Below, piece by piece: positions 1 through 9,616 of a stretch of DNA of 33,147 nt (position 1 is its first letter; the number at the start of each line of letters is the position of its first letter). The DNA is from a virus. Taxonomy: Duplodnaviria > Heunggongvirae > Uroviricota > Caudoviricetes. The position numbers and the translations under genes were made by a program. Location: IMG/VR virus record IMGVR_UViG_2630968543_000006, one strand, 5' to 3'. The notes below the pieces were generated by a model. That model worked only from the letters and a program-made list of their open reading frames with translations, did not search any database and had not been told where the DNA came from.

Positions 1-90
1 TCACTCTGCCAGATGGCGCAATGCCATCTGGTATCACTTAAAGGTATTAAAAACAACTTTTTGTCTTTTTACCTTCCCGTTTCGCTCAAG
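1..90. other. Host chromosomal flank, B' side of lambda attB
   Basis: Minus strand immediately after the att core reads CTTGAGCGAAACGGGAAGG, which I recall as the E. coli attB B' arm. Perfect 9-bp hairpin ccagatggc/gccatctgg at 9-31. Confidence 0.6.
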
Positions 91-250
91 TTAGTATAAA
101 AAAGCTGAACGCGAAACATTAAAAACCATTAATATCAATGTGTTACAATATCTTTAGTCTAAAAAATAGACTACATGATGCTACAAAACACAACATATCC
201 AGTCACTATGAATCAACTACTTAGATAGTATTAGTGACCTGAGACAGAGC
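91..250 (-). other. attR: attR (P-O-B'): 15-bp core at 91-105 plus lambda-like P arm with Int arm-type sites
   Basis: Plus 91-105 ttagtataaaaaagc is the reverse complement of the lambda core GCTTTTTTATACTAA. The adjacent 106-250 resembles the lambda attP P arm, with arm-type motifs agtcactatg (about 201-210) and tattagtgacctg (about 229-241). Confidence 0.85.
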
Positions 251-291
251 ATTAGCGCAAGGTGATTTTTGTCTTCTTGCGCTAATTTTTT
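251..291 (+). terminator. sib: sib/tI-like hairpin terminator (retroregulator of int) on the strand of leftward int transcription
   Basis: Perfect inverted repeat attagcgcaag (251-261) / cttgcgctaat (276-286) with a 14-nt loop, running into a T-tract through 291. Position just beyond the P arm matches lambda sib/tI. Confidence 0.55.
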
Positions 292-638
292 GTTATCAAA
301 CATGTCGCACTCCAGAGAAGCACAAAGCCTTGCAATCCAGTGCAAAGATTTGTGTGCCTCAGTTTTGTCTAAGTGTTCTACTGAAAACATAGTAAAATCG
401 GCAACAGCTGGAAATCATTCAATACTCGCACTATCGAAAGTTCACCAGCCAACCGCAGCACGTTCTTGCATACAACGTGCTGCGGCATAATCCCAATGAT
501 TACTCCCTGACAGGGTTCGTAGGCCACTCAATATCAGGTGCAGTTGATGTATCAACACGGTTCAGCAACACCCGATACTTCTTCCAGGCTTCCAGCAACG
601 AGGTTTCTTCCTCCGTTGCATATACAGCTCACCTTTTT

Positions 639-938
639 TCACCCACGATTAACCAACAGCCAGACCAGCAGACACGCCACCACCGGCACAGAAAAATCCA
701 TCAGGCTTGCCACATCCCAAGCTCGCGGATCAAAACCGCCCCACCACGGCATATTCATTCGCTTGCCATGCCCGAACATTTCAATCCAGCGATATTCTGC
801 CTGGGTATGTTCACGCGCAATGAAGAACGTACAACCGGCTATCGCTCCGTAAGCCCAGTTTCCGGTAAAAAGACCAACCAGTACCTGCGCAGCCACAGCA
901 CAAAGTGCATGAAGGAAAGGTGTTATATCCATTTTCAT
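639..938 (-). CDS. Small inner-membrane protein of unknown function (about 3 predicted TM helices), last gene before attR
   Basis: Track ORF 639..947 (TTG at 947; ATG codons at 938 and 932). Hydrophobic segments FLHALCAVAAQVLVGLF, WAYGAIAGCTFFIA and FSVPVVACLLVWLLV. No family recognised. Confidence 0.55.
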   Translation of the reverse strand: MKMDITPFLHALCAVAAQVLVGLFTGNWAYGAIAGCTFFIAREHTQAEYRWIEMFGHGKRMNMPWWGGFDPRAWDVASLMDFSVPVVACLLVWLLVNRG

Positions 939-944
939 CCTACC

Positions 945-968
945 CAATAAAACGGGGCGCTCGGCCCC
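945..968 (-). terminator. Weak hairpin plus T-tract after the fibre-like gene
   Basis: 5-bp GC stem ggggc (954-958) / gcccc (964-968) followed on the minus strand by TTTTATT. Short stem, so low confidence. Confidence 0.3.
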
Positions 969-974
969 TTAATA

Positions 975-2015
975 TTATTTAGACGCAAGCGCCGCCTCAA
1001 TTGCAGATAATCTTTGTCTTAATTCTGCGTTTTCTTCTTCCAGTGCTGTTATTCTGTCGTCTGACTCTCTGGCTACCTGAACAAGCAAGCCAGTAACACC
1101 AGAATAATCTACTGTGTAATAACGTTCACCTTCTTCACCTTCCGATCCGCTCGCACCGTCCTGATATTTCATTGCGGAACCTACAACTTCTGGGATTGCT
1201 TCCAGAGCTTCCTGTGCAATGACACCAGCATAGGGCATACCGTTTTCTTTAAGCGTGTATGTATAGCCGTTCATTTTACGGATGCGGTCGGTTGCATTAT
1301 CGATCACCTGAATGTTGTCTTTCAGATCCCGGTCGGAATGCTGGTTAAATGCGGTGGCATGACATGCACCATTAACGCTTAACATATAGGTGTTATCGGT
1401 ATTTTTCTGCGCATAGAACATATAAGCGCCACCATCAACACCGACTTCATAAACAACAGGACGGCTGGAGTTGCCCCACAATTGAGCAGTAACACCAGCA
1501 TAAGCGGTTCCCTGTGTGTTTAATGTCATGGTTGACCCATGATTGGCATATTTGATCTGTAATGTGTCGGTGTAATCAAATTTAATAAGCGCGTTACTTC
1601 CACGCTTGCTGTATGACATAAGGCAGTTACCCATTTTGAGGTATCCGCTGTCACCGGGAAAAATCATCGTACCGCCATAAAGGTTGGTAAAGTCCCAGCA
1701 AATGTTTGTCCCGTTATCGTTCAGGTTAAGGCGCGCCATTGCGTTACCTGGACTGTCTATCCATTTTTTGAGGTATAGTTCGCAATACGCATCCTCAACA
1801 CCTGCCGTCCTGTGAGTTGAGCGGAGTTTTCTCCCAAATATAGCTCCGCTAGTTGGCAATACCTGCTGATACCATGAAACAGACCAGTCACCAACGATTT
1901 CATCTTTGCTGTCTACATATAATTTTGTTGCGTAGCTTCCTTGATCGTTTTTTAATTTGCTAACGTCGGATTTTAGCGTTTTGATGTCATCAGGAATTAC
2001 TGTCGATGTAGCCAT
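975..2015 (-). CDS. Tail fibre / tailspike-like protein with C-terminal intramolecular chaperone (peptidase S74-like) domain
   Basis: 346-aa ORF with GAGGA ribosome-binding site upstream. C-terminal motifs NQHSDRDLKDNIQVIDNA...YAGVIAQEALEAIPEVV and a terminal coiled-coil (ITALEEENAELRQRLSAIEAALASK) are typical of the endosialidase-chaperone domain. N-terminal ~220 aa unrecognised. Confidence 0.6.
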   Translation of the reverse strand: MATSTVIPDDIKTLKSDVSKLKNDQGSYATKLYVDSKDEIVGDWSVSWYQQVLPTSGAIFGRKLRSTHRTAGVEDAYCELYLKKWIDSPGNAMARLNLNDNGTNICWDFTNLYGGTMIFPGDSGYLKMGNCLMSYSKRGSNALIKFDYTDTLQIKYANHGSTMTLNTQGTAYAGVTAQLWGNSSRPVVYEVGVDGGAYMFYAQKNTDNTYMLSVNGACHATAFNQHSDRDLKDNIQVIDNATDRIRKMNGYTYTLKENGMPYAGVIAQEALEAIPEVVGSAMKYQDGASGSEGEEGERYYTVDYSGVTGLLVQVARESDDRITALEEENAELRQRLSAIEAALASK

Positions 2016-2024
2016 TTTTCTTCC

Positions 2025-2306
2025 TCACATCCAGCCACGAAGTTGATGCTCAACAGCAACCACGTATTCATCGAATAATGACGATATTTGCGAATCATTA
2101 ATGATGCGCACGTTTACAAAATATCCGTCTTCCTTAACACATACCGGTTCGCCATCTTCAGTCAGTTCTCCGGTTTCTTTGTACACATTACCTATCACGT
2201 CAATAAGAATATCATCCTGCATCGACTCGTCATCATAATAGCCAATGCTCTCCATAAAGGCCGAAAAGTCGACCCTGTCTGCAAATTTGAGTGTTAAATC
2301 TTTCAT
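2025..2306 (-). CDS. Acidic 93-aa hypothetical protein in the tfa position (possible fibre assembly/chaperone factor)
   Basis: Start overlaps the stf stop (ATGA), implying translational coupling. Acidic composition. No similarity to lambda Tfa recognised. Confidence 0.5.
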   Translation of the reverse strand: MKDLTLKFADRVDFSAFMESIGYYDDESMQDDILIDVIGNVYKETGELTEDGEPVCVKEDGYFVNVRIINDSQISSLFDEYVVAVEHQLRGWM

Positions 2307-4702
2307 TTAATACTCTCCCCCATTTGCGCATCAGTTAATTCTTTATGCCAGAGACGAAGATTTCTCAAATGGCCGAATAGATGACGAGTTCCCGATGTGG
2401 CTTGACCTCCAATTCGAATAAAGGTCCGTGTTTTTACGCCCGTCCACTCCGTTTTCATAGTTTTAGTAGCCTCACCGTTAGAAACTACTCGTTTAGTACC
2501 ATCAGAATAAATATTAAAACCACCAATGAATTTTCGAACATCAGTTCGACCAGCAAACACACTAGAAACGTAAGTACTTGTCGACGCTTTATAAGTTTGC
2601 ATATAAAGCTGACCGTAATATTTCTCAGTTGTGTTAAAAGCGTATGTAATTGACTCAATAGGTGGCACACCAGAAAAATCAAAAATACGCGGTGCTACAT
2701 TAGGAGGAATATCGCCCCAATTTCTATTAACCTCGACAAGACACGTAAGCGGTCTATTATAGATATTATTTTCAGTTGGGATCGTCACCATATCACTGGA
2801 GCGGGTTGCGGGTGCAGTTGTCGTAATAACAAAAGATGAAGCACATCCGCCGTTTTCAAATTGTGGTGTTGCAAGGTAAATATAATCTCCCGCTTCAGTT
2901 ATACCACCTTTTTTCGGCGCATACTGAATCATTGCGCCAATTAAGGTTTCACCTTCAACAGCTTCTATAGTTGCCTCATAGAAAATCCACCCTGTAACCG
3001 GATCTTTAGTTGCAGTAGCTGCTATTCTATTGGCTGCTCCGCCAGTTTTTTCTATTATCAGAGTTCCGAAAGTTAAATAAGCATCTCCTAAAAATGTATA
3101 AACCGACCCATCGTATTTTTCAAAACGCAAACGACAACGAAGACCATCAGGAGCTTTAACCCTGCATGAAACAGTGCAATACTTATTATCGCCACTAACA
3201 TCAATCCCCCGGGATGCACTGCATGTATGCAGACTAAGTGCAGATGATTGTCCTGTCATATTATCTTTTGTTCGCATTTTGGCATATGAAAAACCAAATT
3301 CATCAACACCATTATTAGTTTTATCGATATTGCTGGTACTCGTCCATTCAGCGGGAGTATTGGATTTAACAAAATAGTTAGTGCGCTGTCCTTCAATCAA
3401 TAAACCTTCTTTTTCAAATCGTGGCTCATCAATTTTAGCAACACTAAATACGCCTGATTTATTGATATATGTGGCAGTTGATGCGCGTTTAAACTTAACA
3501 ACCTTGTCGCCAGGCATCGTTATTTCATCATCACCAATAACAATTTTTTTATATGACGGCGAAAAGCCCGTAATCATATCCAGTGAATCGTTAAACGGTA
3601 TCCACACATCAGGCAGTGGCTGTAAGACATATTTATACGGCTCTGCTGCCTGACTTGCATACTCTCTGGCTGCGTCTTCACTTGCTTTAGCTGCTGTCTG
3701 GCTTGCTGCCGATGCTTTCGCCGAGTTCGCCGCTGCAGTCTCGCTTGTCTTTGCATTGGTTTCACTGGTTTTTGCCGCTTTTTGACTGTTGGCTGATGCA
3801 GTGGCAGAAGCAGCCGCCGCGCTTGCAGAACCAGCTGCCGCGCTCTCGCTTTGGGCTGCTGCAACCTGGCTGTTTTTCGCCGCAGTTTCGCTGGCTTTGG
3901 CATTCGTTTCGCTGGTCTTCGCTGCCGTCTGGCTGGACTTTGCGTTAGTTTCACTCGTCTTCGCAGCTTTCTGGCTGTTAGCCGCAGCAGTTGCTGATCC
4001 AGCTGCTGAAGTCGCAGAACCGGCTGCCGCGCTCTCGCTTTGGGCTGCTGCAACCTGGCTGTTTTTTGCCGCAGTTTCACTGGCTTTGGCATTCGTTTCG
4101 CTGGTTTTCGCTGCCGTCTGGCTGGACTTTGCGTTGGTTTCGCTCGTCTTTGCGGCTGTCTCGCTATTTTTCGCGTTGGTTTCTGATTTTTTGGCTGCTG
4201 TCGCGGAGTTTTCTGATGCAGTCTGTGAGGTCGCTGCCGCCTGTGCACTATTAGCTGCATTCGTTTCTGAGGTTTTCGCCGCGTTCTTCGATGATGCCGC
4301 TGCAGTTTCGGATTTCTTTGCCGCCGCTGCGCTCTGAGAGGCGGCTTCGGCGTTGCGTGCCGCTTCTTCCACCATTTCCTCAAAACGACGCAATGCCTCC
4401 GGCATGACATCATCTTCCGTCATGGCACCGAGAAAATCATTCAGCGTACCTGGTCTGGAACCTTCATAGACGGTAATGGTTCCGGCATGTGAAGGCGGAA
4501 AACCTTCAACAAGCAGGATAACGCTGTACTGGCCATACTCAACATCCATGCTGTAACGCCCGGCTTCATCCGGATTTTCAGAGGCCACCGTGTTCACCAG
4601 TACCGTGGTGCTGTTACGCTTTGCCTTCAGTTGAATAGTGCAGTTCTGTATTGGTTTTCCCGCACCATCTTTCAGCACACCTGAGATTTTTACTGCTGCC
4701 AT
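2303..4702 (-). CDS. stf: Side tail fibre protein Stf (lambda-like N-terminus, Ala/Ser/Thr-rich repeat shaft, non-lambda C-terminal receptor-binding region)
   Basis: N-terminus MAAVKISGVLKDGAGKPIQNCTIQLKAKRNSTTV...GRYSMDVEYGQYSVILLVEGFPPSHAGTITVYE is near-identical to lambda Stf. ATG at 4702 (track GTG at 4708). Internal AKTSETNAK repeats. C-terminal ~400 aa unlike lambda Stf as I recall it. Confidence 0.85.
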   Translation of the reverse strand: MAAVKISGVLKDGAGKPIQNCTIQLKAKRNSTTVLVNTVASENPDEAGRYSMDVEYGQYSVILLVEGFPPSHAGTITVYEGSRPGTLNDFLGAMTEDDVMPEALRRFEEMVEEAARNAEAASQSAAAAKKSETAAASSKNAAKTSETNAANSAQAAATSQTASENSATAAKKSETNAKNSETAAKTSETNAKSSQTAAKTSETNAKASETAAKNSQVAAAQSESAAAGSATSAAGSATAAANSQKAAKTSETNAKSSQTAAKTSETNAKASETAAKNSQVAAAQSESAAAGSASAAAASATASANSQKAAKTSETNAKTSETAAANSAKASAASQTAAKASEDAAREYASQAAEPYKYVLQPLPDVWIPFNDSLDMITGFSPSYKKIVIGDDEITMPGDKVVKFKRASTATYINKSGVFSVAKIDEPRFEKEGLLIEGQRTNYFVKSNTPAEWTSTSNIDKTNNGVDEFGFSYAKMRTKDNMTGQSSALSLHTCSASRGIDVSGDNKYCTVSCRVKAPDGLRCRLRFEKYDGSVYTFLGDAYLTFGTLIIEKTGGAANRIAATATKDPVTGWIFYEATIEAVEGETLIGAMIQYAPKKGGITEAGDYIYLATPQFENGGCASSFVITTTAPATRSSDMVTIPTENNIYNRPLTCLVEVNRNWGDIPPNVAPRIFDFSGVPPIESITYAFNTTEKYYGQLYMQTYKASTSTYVSSVFAGRTDVRKFIGGFNIYSDGTKRVVSNGEATKTMKTEWTGVKTRTFIRIGGQATSGTRHLFGHLRNLRLWHKELTDAQMGESIK
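3825..4202. repeat. Tandem direct duplication, 2 x 189 bp (63 codons), inside stf
   Basis: The block starting gcagaacc(a/g)gctgccgcgctctcgctttgggctgctgcaacctggctg occurs at 3825 and again at 4014, near-identical for about 135-150 bp. Shorter related repeats span about 3690-4330. Confidence 0.8.
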
Positions 4703-4712
4703 ATCCACTCCA

Positions 4713-4740
4713 CAAAAAAGCCCGCCTGAACCGGCGGGCT
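4713..4740 (-). terminator. Rho-independent terminator between lom and stf
   Basis: 8-bp stem agcccgcc (4719-4726) / ggcgggct (4733-4740) with a plus-strand A6 run at 4714-4719, giving a U-tract after the hairpin on the minus strand. Confidence 0.6.
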
Positions 4741-4766
4741 GTCATAACACTGTGTTACCTGGCTAA

Positions 4767-5366
4767 TCAGAATTTATAACCGACACCCACGATGAAACCG
4801 TCAGTGCGCCAGTCACCACTGCCGGAACCTTCATAAGCAAGGTCAATGGCCACGGATTCGGTCGGGTTAAACTGCACGCCAGCCCCCCACGCCAGAGACG
4901 TGTTGCTGTGGCGACCGTCATCACTTCCGGTCAGCACATCGTGCGTTTTCCCCTTGTTGTCAGTTACGCGGAGATAATCCCCGGAGAAGGTCGACACACG
5001 GCTGTAAGCCATACCCGCCATCGCATAAGCACTGAACCATTCATTCACGCGTACAGATGGCCCCGCCATCATGCTGAACCAGCGGTTACGCACGGAATCT
5101 TCATGCCAGCGGGTATCGCTGTAATGCGTTTTTTGCTCATCTTTGGCATTGGCATAACTGAATGACGTCACCAGCCCCAGCGTGTCCGTAAATTCATAAC
5201 GGTATTTCACGTTAATGCCCTTCAGGTCATCACTGCCTGGCATATCAGTATGGGTCTGAAGATACCCGGCGCTTAGTGTGGACTGATGCTCTGCTGCGCT
5301 CGCTGGCGTACCAGCGGCAACCAGCCAGACTACTGCGGACAGAATAACAGCACATAATTTACGCAT
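4767..5366 (-). CDS. lom: Lom outer-membrane protein (Ail/Lom/OmpX family beta-barrel)
   Basis: 199 aa with signal peptide MRKLCAVILSAVVWLVAAGTPASA and C-terminal ...GVGYKF. Matches lambda Lom by recall and sits between J and stf as in lambda. Confidence 0.9.
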   Translation of the reverse strand: MRKLCAVILSAVVWLVAAGTPASAAEHQSTLSAGYLQTHTDMPGSDDLKGINVKYRYEFTDTLGLVTSFSYANAKDEQKTHYSDTRWHEDSVRNRWFSMMAGPSVRVNEWFSAYAMAGMAYSRVSTFSGDYLRVTDNKGKTHDVLTGSDDGRHSNTSLAWGAGVQFNPTESVAIDLAYEGSGSGDWRTDGFIVGVGYKF

Positions 5367-5433
5367 AATTACCTCTCGCTTTTCTGCAATAAAAAAGGCG
5401 TCATTTCTGACGCCCGTATTGGGGTTATAAAAT

Positions 5434-8400
5434 TCAGCTGATACTGATGCCTGCGGTGGCTTTCTTCATCACCACAACCAGCAAATCGCTGATACTTGCT
5501 GTGGGATACCAGTCATTTACCAGCCATGCTGACACCGAAAACTCCAGCGTCATGTGACCGTGACCGGCAGGCATATCAATAACGCCACTGTAAATCAGCG
5601 TATTATCCAGCGCGGTACGGTTATAAATTTCAGCACCGTTTTTCCGCACTATCAGACGGCATGAGGAGTAAATATCAGTATGCTCTCTCTCATGTTTAGC
5701 GCCGCTGAATGCCACCGCCGGAATAACAATCTGCCGGTCAAACGGCTGATCGTCATAAATCCTGACGGTAATGGTCCCTGATGGCCACCGTTCCGGTGCA
5801 CGGGAGTCCCGGGGGAAAGCTTTGCCCACTGTTTTAACGAGATCGCCTTCAATCTGGTTCGCGGACAGTTTTCCCAGAACCCGGCAGTTCTCGTTAATCG
5901 TGACGTTGTTGAGCGTCCCGGAGTTCGCATTCACGTTACCGCTGATATCGGCATTTTTCGCCGTCAGCCGCCCGTCCGGTGTCAGGGAAAATGCCGGAGG
6001 ATTACCGCCGCTGGTAATGGTGGGAGCCGTCAGATATTTCAGGAACACTTCATTCATAAATATCTGATCGCCCTGACCAACAAACATCGGCTTTGTGTTG
6101 CCATTCGCAGGATTAACCATCGCAATCCTGTCCGCCGCCAGCAGCACCTGACTCTGCATGCCGTCAGGGGTGTTCTCAATACCGGCACCAATACCCGCGA
6201 TATAAAGGCGTCCGTCCTGCATCTGCTGCAGCTTCACAGCCCACATGCTGTTCAGGTTATTATTTGTATCAACCTGAACCTTCTGTATCTGCTGAATTGC
6301 CGCACTCTGGTCTTCCAGTTTCTTATTGACGGTCTGCGTGATTTCATTGCTGACATCCGTAATGGACGTCCTGATTTCAGCCAGGTCAGGCGCAAGCTGA
6401 CCGTTATCAATCTGCGTCCACAGCTCCTGAGCCAGATGGCTTTTCCCTATCTCGCCTTTGAAAAAATCCAGATAGCCGGATGCATCATCACTCGGCTGGC
6501 CAACAGCCTCCACAAATGCCGATTTGCCAACGGTGTTCACACTGCGGATGTAAAAATAATAATCATGGCCCGGTTTGATATTGATACTGGCAGCTATCCA
6601 GTACAGCGCCGTGCCAAGATAGCGGGCTGTGGTTTCAACCTGCCTGATATCCGCAATCCGCTTTTCCGAGAACCAGAACTCAAACTGTACCGTCGGATCA
6701 TAAACGGCAAGATGGGGCGTGGCGGTTATCTGAAAATAGCCCGGCGTCAGCTCAATCCGCGACGGCGCTGCCGGTGCGGCAATACGGAACGATACCGATG
6801 CCGGATCGCCCTGCTGCCCCCAGGCATTTGCCGCCCGGACTGTCAGCCTGTAGTTTCCCAGCGCCAGTTGCGTGAAGCGGTATGTGGTTTCCGTCGTCCG
6901 GGCCGTGCTGACCAGCCGCTCACTGCCGTCATCCGCTGCCACGGTCAGGCGAAGCAGGAAGCTCACGCCCTTCACCACCTTCGGTGTGTCCCATCGCGCC
7001 AGCACCTGATATTCCCCGCTGTCTGCAGTGACTTCTGCGGTCAGGTGCTGCACCGCTGGCGGCGTGACACCATTCACCGTGCCACTCTGTTCGCCGTCAA
7101 AGTGCGCCCCGTTATCCACGATGGCCTCTTTTTCCGGCACATGCTGCACGGCGGTGATGGCATACGTGCCGTCGTCGTTCTCACGGATACTCACGCAGCG
7201 GAACAGTCGCTGGCGCAGCGTCGGCAGCTTCAGCCCCCATACGCTGTATTCAGCAACACCGTCAGGAACACGGCTCACTTTTACCTTCACGCCGTCGGTG
7301 ACGGACTGAACCTCCACGCTGACCGGACTCCCCTGCCCGTCAACCAGGCTTATCAGCGTGGTGCCGGAAGATGGCAGCGTGATTTCACGGTCGAGCGTCA
7401 GCGTCCGGGTCTGGCTGTTTACCGCCAGCACGCGCCCGCCGGTGCTGATACCGGCATAGTCATCATCGCAGATTTCAATGACATCGCCCGGTACATGGCG
7501 AAGCCCTTCGGCACCCACGCTGAAGTCCACGGTCTGCGTTTCCAGCAGTTCTGTTTTAATCAGCCACAGCCCGGCGCGGTGTGCCTGCCCCCGGCTGGTA
7601 CAGCCAAAAGCATCCATCTTCGTGACGTTACGACCGTAACGGGCAATGGCCTGCGTGTCCTCCACAAGCTCTGTCGCCGTCTCCCAGCCGTTGTTCGGGT
7701 CAATCCAGTTCACCTCAACGGCATTATGGCGGTCCTTCAGGGCGCTGAAGCTGTAGCGGAACGGCGCGCCATCATCCGACATCACCACATTACTGCGGTT
7801 ATAGGTCCACACCTTATCTGATGGCCGGTCCTGCACGAACGTCAGCGTCTGCCCGTTCCATACCGGCATACAGCGCATCGCCGAGCAGAAATCACTGAGC
7901 ACATCCCACGCCTTGCGCTGTGTGGTCAGGTACGCATTACAGGTGATGCGCGGCTCCGTGCCGCCAAAGCCGTCCGGCACTGACTGGTCGCAGTACTGGC
8001 CGATGACATACAGCGCCCATTTATCCACATCCGCCGCACCAAGACGTTTCCCCATGCCGTAGCGCGGATGGGTCAGCATATCCCACAGACACCAGGCCAT
8101 GTTGTTGCTGTATGCTGGCTTAAACGTTCCGTCCCAGATACCGCTGTATTGCCGCGTCTGCGGGTTATAGTTCGACGGCACCTGCAGAATGCGCCCGCGC
8201 AGATGATAATTACGGCTCACCTGCTGGCTGCCGAACTGCTCCGAATCCACCTGCACGCCGACCAGTGCCGTGTTCGGGTAGCACTGTTTCACATCGATGA
8301 TTTCGGTGTATGACGACCAGAGCGTTTTGTTCTGCAGCTGGTCTGTGGTGCTGTCCGGCGTCATCCTGCGCATCCGTATATTGAACGGGCGCGGCGGCAG

Positions 8401-8913
8401 GTTACCCACCACCACCGAGGCCAGATACTGCGAGGTGGTTTTGCCCTTAATGGTGATGTCTTTTTCCGTCACCCAGCCACCATTACGCTGTATCTGAACC
8501 AGCAGACGGACTTCCGACGGATTCCTGTCACCCTTTGAGGTGGTTTCCACCAGTGCCTGTACACCGAAGGTAAAGCGCAGACGGTCGATGTTTGCCGACG
8601 TAATGGTGCGGGTGATCGGCGTGTCATATTTCACTTCCGTACCCAGCACCGTCTCGGAGCCGGAGGATTCAAATCCCTCCGGCGGTGACTGCTCCTGCTC
8701 ACCTGCCCGGAACACCACCGTGACGCCGGATATATTGGTATTCCCCTCACTGTCCAGCACCGGCGTACTGTTCAGCAGCACGCTTTTTAATCCATCCACC
8801 GGACCTTCAATCGGCCCTTCGCTGATGGCATCAATCACACTCAGCAGCTGCGTGGATTTCAGGTTGTCCTTCGCTTCGCGCGGGGTATGCCCCTTACTGC
8901 TGCCTTTACCCAT
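5434..8913 (-). CDS. J: Tail tip / host specificity protein J
   Basis: 1159 aa; N-terminus [44 protein letters not shown] matches lambda gpJ over long stretches; lambda position. Confidence 0.95.
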   Translation of the reverse strand: MGKGSSKGHTPREAKDNLKSTQLLSVIDAISEGPIEGPVDGLKSVLLNSTPVLDSEGNTNISGVTVVFRAGEQEQSPPEGFESSGSETVLGTEVKYDTPITRTITSANIDRLRFTFGVQALVETTSKGDRNPSEVRLLVQIQRNGGWVTEKDITIKGKTTSQYLASVVVGNLPPRPFNIRMRRMTPDSTTDQLQNKTLWSSYTEIIDVKQCYPNTALVGVQVDSEQFGSQQVSRNYHLRGRILQVPSNYNPQTRQYSGIWDGTFKPAYSNNMAWCLWDMLTHPRYGMGKRLGAADVDKWALYVIGQYCDQSVPDGFGGTEPRITCNAYLTTQRKAWDVLSDFCSAMRCMPVWNGQTLTFVQDRPSDKVWTYNRSNVVMSDDGAPFRYSFSALKDRHNAVEVNWIDPNNGWETATELVEDTQAIARYGRNVTKMDAFGCTSRGQAHRAGLWLIKTELLETQTVDFSVGAEGLRHVPGDVIEICDDDYAGISTGGRVLAVNSQTRTLTLDREITLPSSGTTLISLVDGQGSPVSVEVQSVTDGVKVKVSRVPDGVAEYSVWGLKLPTLRQRLFRCVSIRENDDGTYAITAVQHVPEKEAIVDNGAHFDGEQSGTVNGVTPPAVQHLTAEVTADSGEYQVLARWDTPKVVKGVSFLLRLTVAADDGSERLVSTARTTETTYRFTQLALGNYRLTVRAANAWGQQGDPASVSFRIAAPAAPSRIELTPGYFQITATPHLAVYDPTVQFEFWFSEKRIADIRQVETTARYLGTALYWIAASINIKPGHDYYFYIRSVNTVGKSAFVEAVGQPSDDASGYLDFFKGEIGKSHLAQELWTQIDNGQLAPDLAEIRTSITDVSNEITQTVNKKLEDQSAAIQQIQKVQVDTNNNLNSMWAVKLQQMQDGRLYIAGIGAGIENTPDGMQSQVLLAADRIAMVNPANGNTKPMFVGQGDQIFMNEVFLKYLTAPTITSGGNPPAFSLTPDGRLTAKNADISGNVNANSGTLNNVTINENCRVLGKLSANQIEGDLVKTVGKAFPRDSRAPERWPSGTITVRIYDDQPFDRQIVIPAVAFSGAKHEREHTDIYSSCRLIVRKNGAEIYNRTALDNTLIYSGVIDMPAGHGHMTLEFSVSAWLVNDWYPTASISDLLVVVMKKATAGISIS

Positions 8914-8973
8914 TCGTCATGCTCCATAAACGATAAAACCGCCCGGAGGCGGTTTCACATAAAACGTTTTTCA

Positions 8974-9616
8974 TCAGCGACCAATCACCACAACCTGACC
9001 ACCATCACCTTCATCTGCTGTGCTGATCTCCTGAGATACCACACGTGATCCCACGCGCATTTCACCGTACAGAACGGGCAGAACATTGCCCTGGGCAACC
9101 ATATTATCCAGTGAAGAAAAATAGGTGTTCTGTTTGCCGTTATCCGTTGTCTGTGTGCGGGGGGGTTTTGGGTTTAGGGGCCAGCATCTGTGCAACACCG
9201 CCAAGCGTCATACTGGCACCGAGAGAAAACAGCAGATTACTCGCCATAATTCCTACCCCCGGCATCCATATAGCAACCGCCATAACAGCCGCCCCCAGCA
9301 CAGCCTGAAACACACCGCCACTTTTGGCTCCTGCCAGACGCGGCACGATATGGATCACAGCACCATTTGCCAGCGGTTCATTCAGACGGGCTGATAATTC
9401 CGTTTCACCTGTATCACGCCCGGCAATGCGTACCTGATACCAGCCGTCGCTCAGCTTCTGACGAAACGCCGGGATCTGCATGGCCAGCGCCCGGATGGCT
9501 TCGGCCCCCGTTTTCACACGCAGATCGATGCGGCGGACAAATCGTTGTAAATCCCCGTAAAGGCAGATGCGTGCCATGCCTGGTGACGCCAGAGGGAGTG
9601 TGTGCGTCGCTGCCAT
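8974..9616 (-). pseudogene. I: Tail assembly protein I, interrupted by a +1 frameshift at a G7/C7 homopolymer (pseudogene or sequencing error)
   Basis: The N-terminal part (track 9140..9616, MAATHTLPLASPGMARICLYGDLQRF...) and the C-terminal part (8974..9204, ...TQTTDNGKQNTYFSSLDNMVAQGNVLPVLYGEMRVGS...) both match lambda gpI but lie in different frames. They overlap at the run of 7 G at 9159-9165; removing one G joins them as ...APKPKTPRTQTTDNGKQ... Confidence 0.8.

Noticed and set aside
269-490. 73-aa plus-strand ORF starting inside the sib hairpin
   Set aside because: TTG start embedded in the terminator stem, Ser/Cys/Ala-rich translation, no ribosome-binding site; the region is better explained as att-proximal regulatory DNA.
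3574-4413. 279-aa minus-strand Arg/Gln-rich ORF, and Ala-rich plus-strand ORFs at 3789-4337
   Set aside because: Alternative-frame and antisense readings of the stf Ala/Ser/Thr repeat region; produced by the repeat, not independent genes.
6436-7821. 461-aa plus-strand ORF
   Set aside because: Lies entirely antisense to the J gene in GC-rich sequence, with an Arg/Cys/His-rich low-complexity translation; J on the minus strand explains the region.
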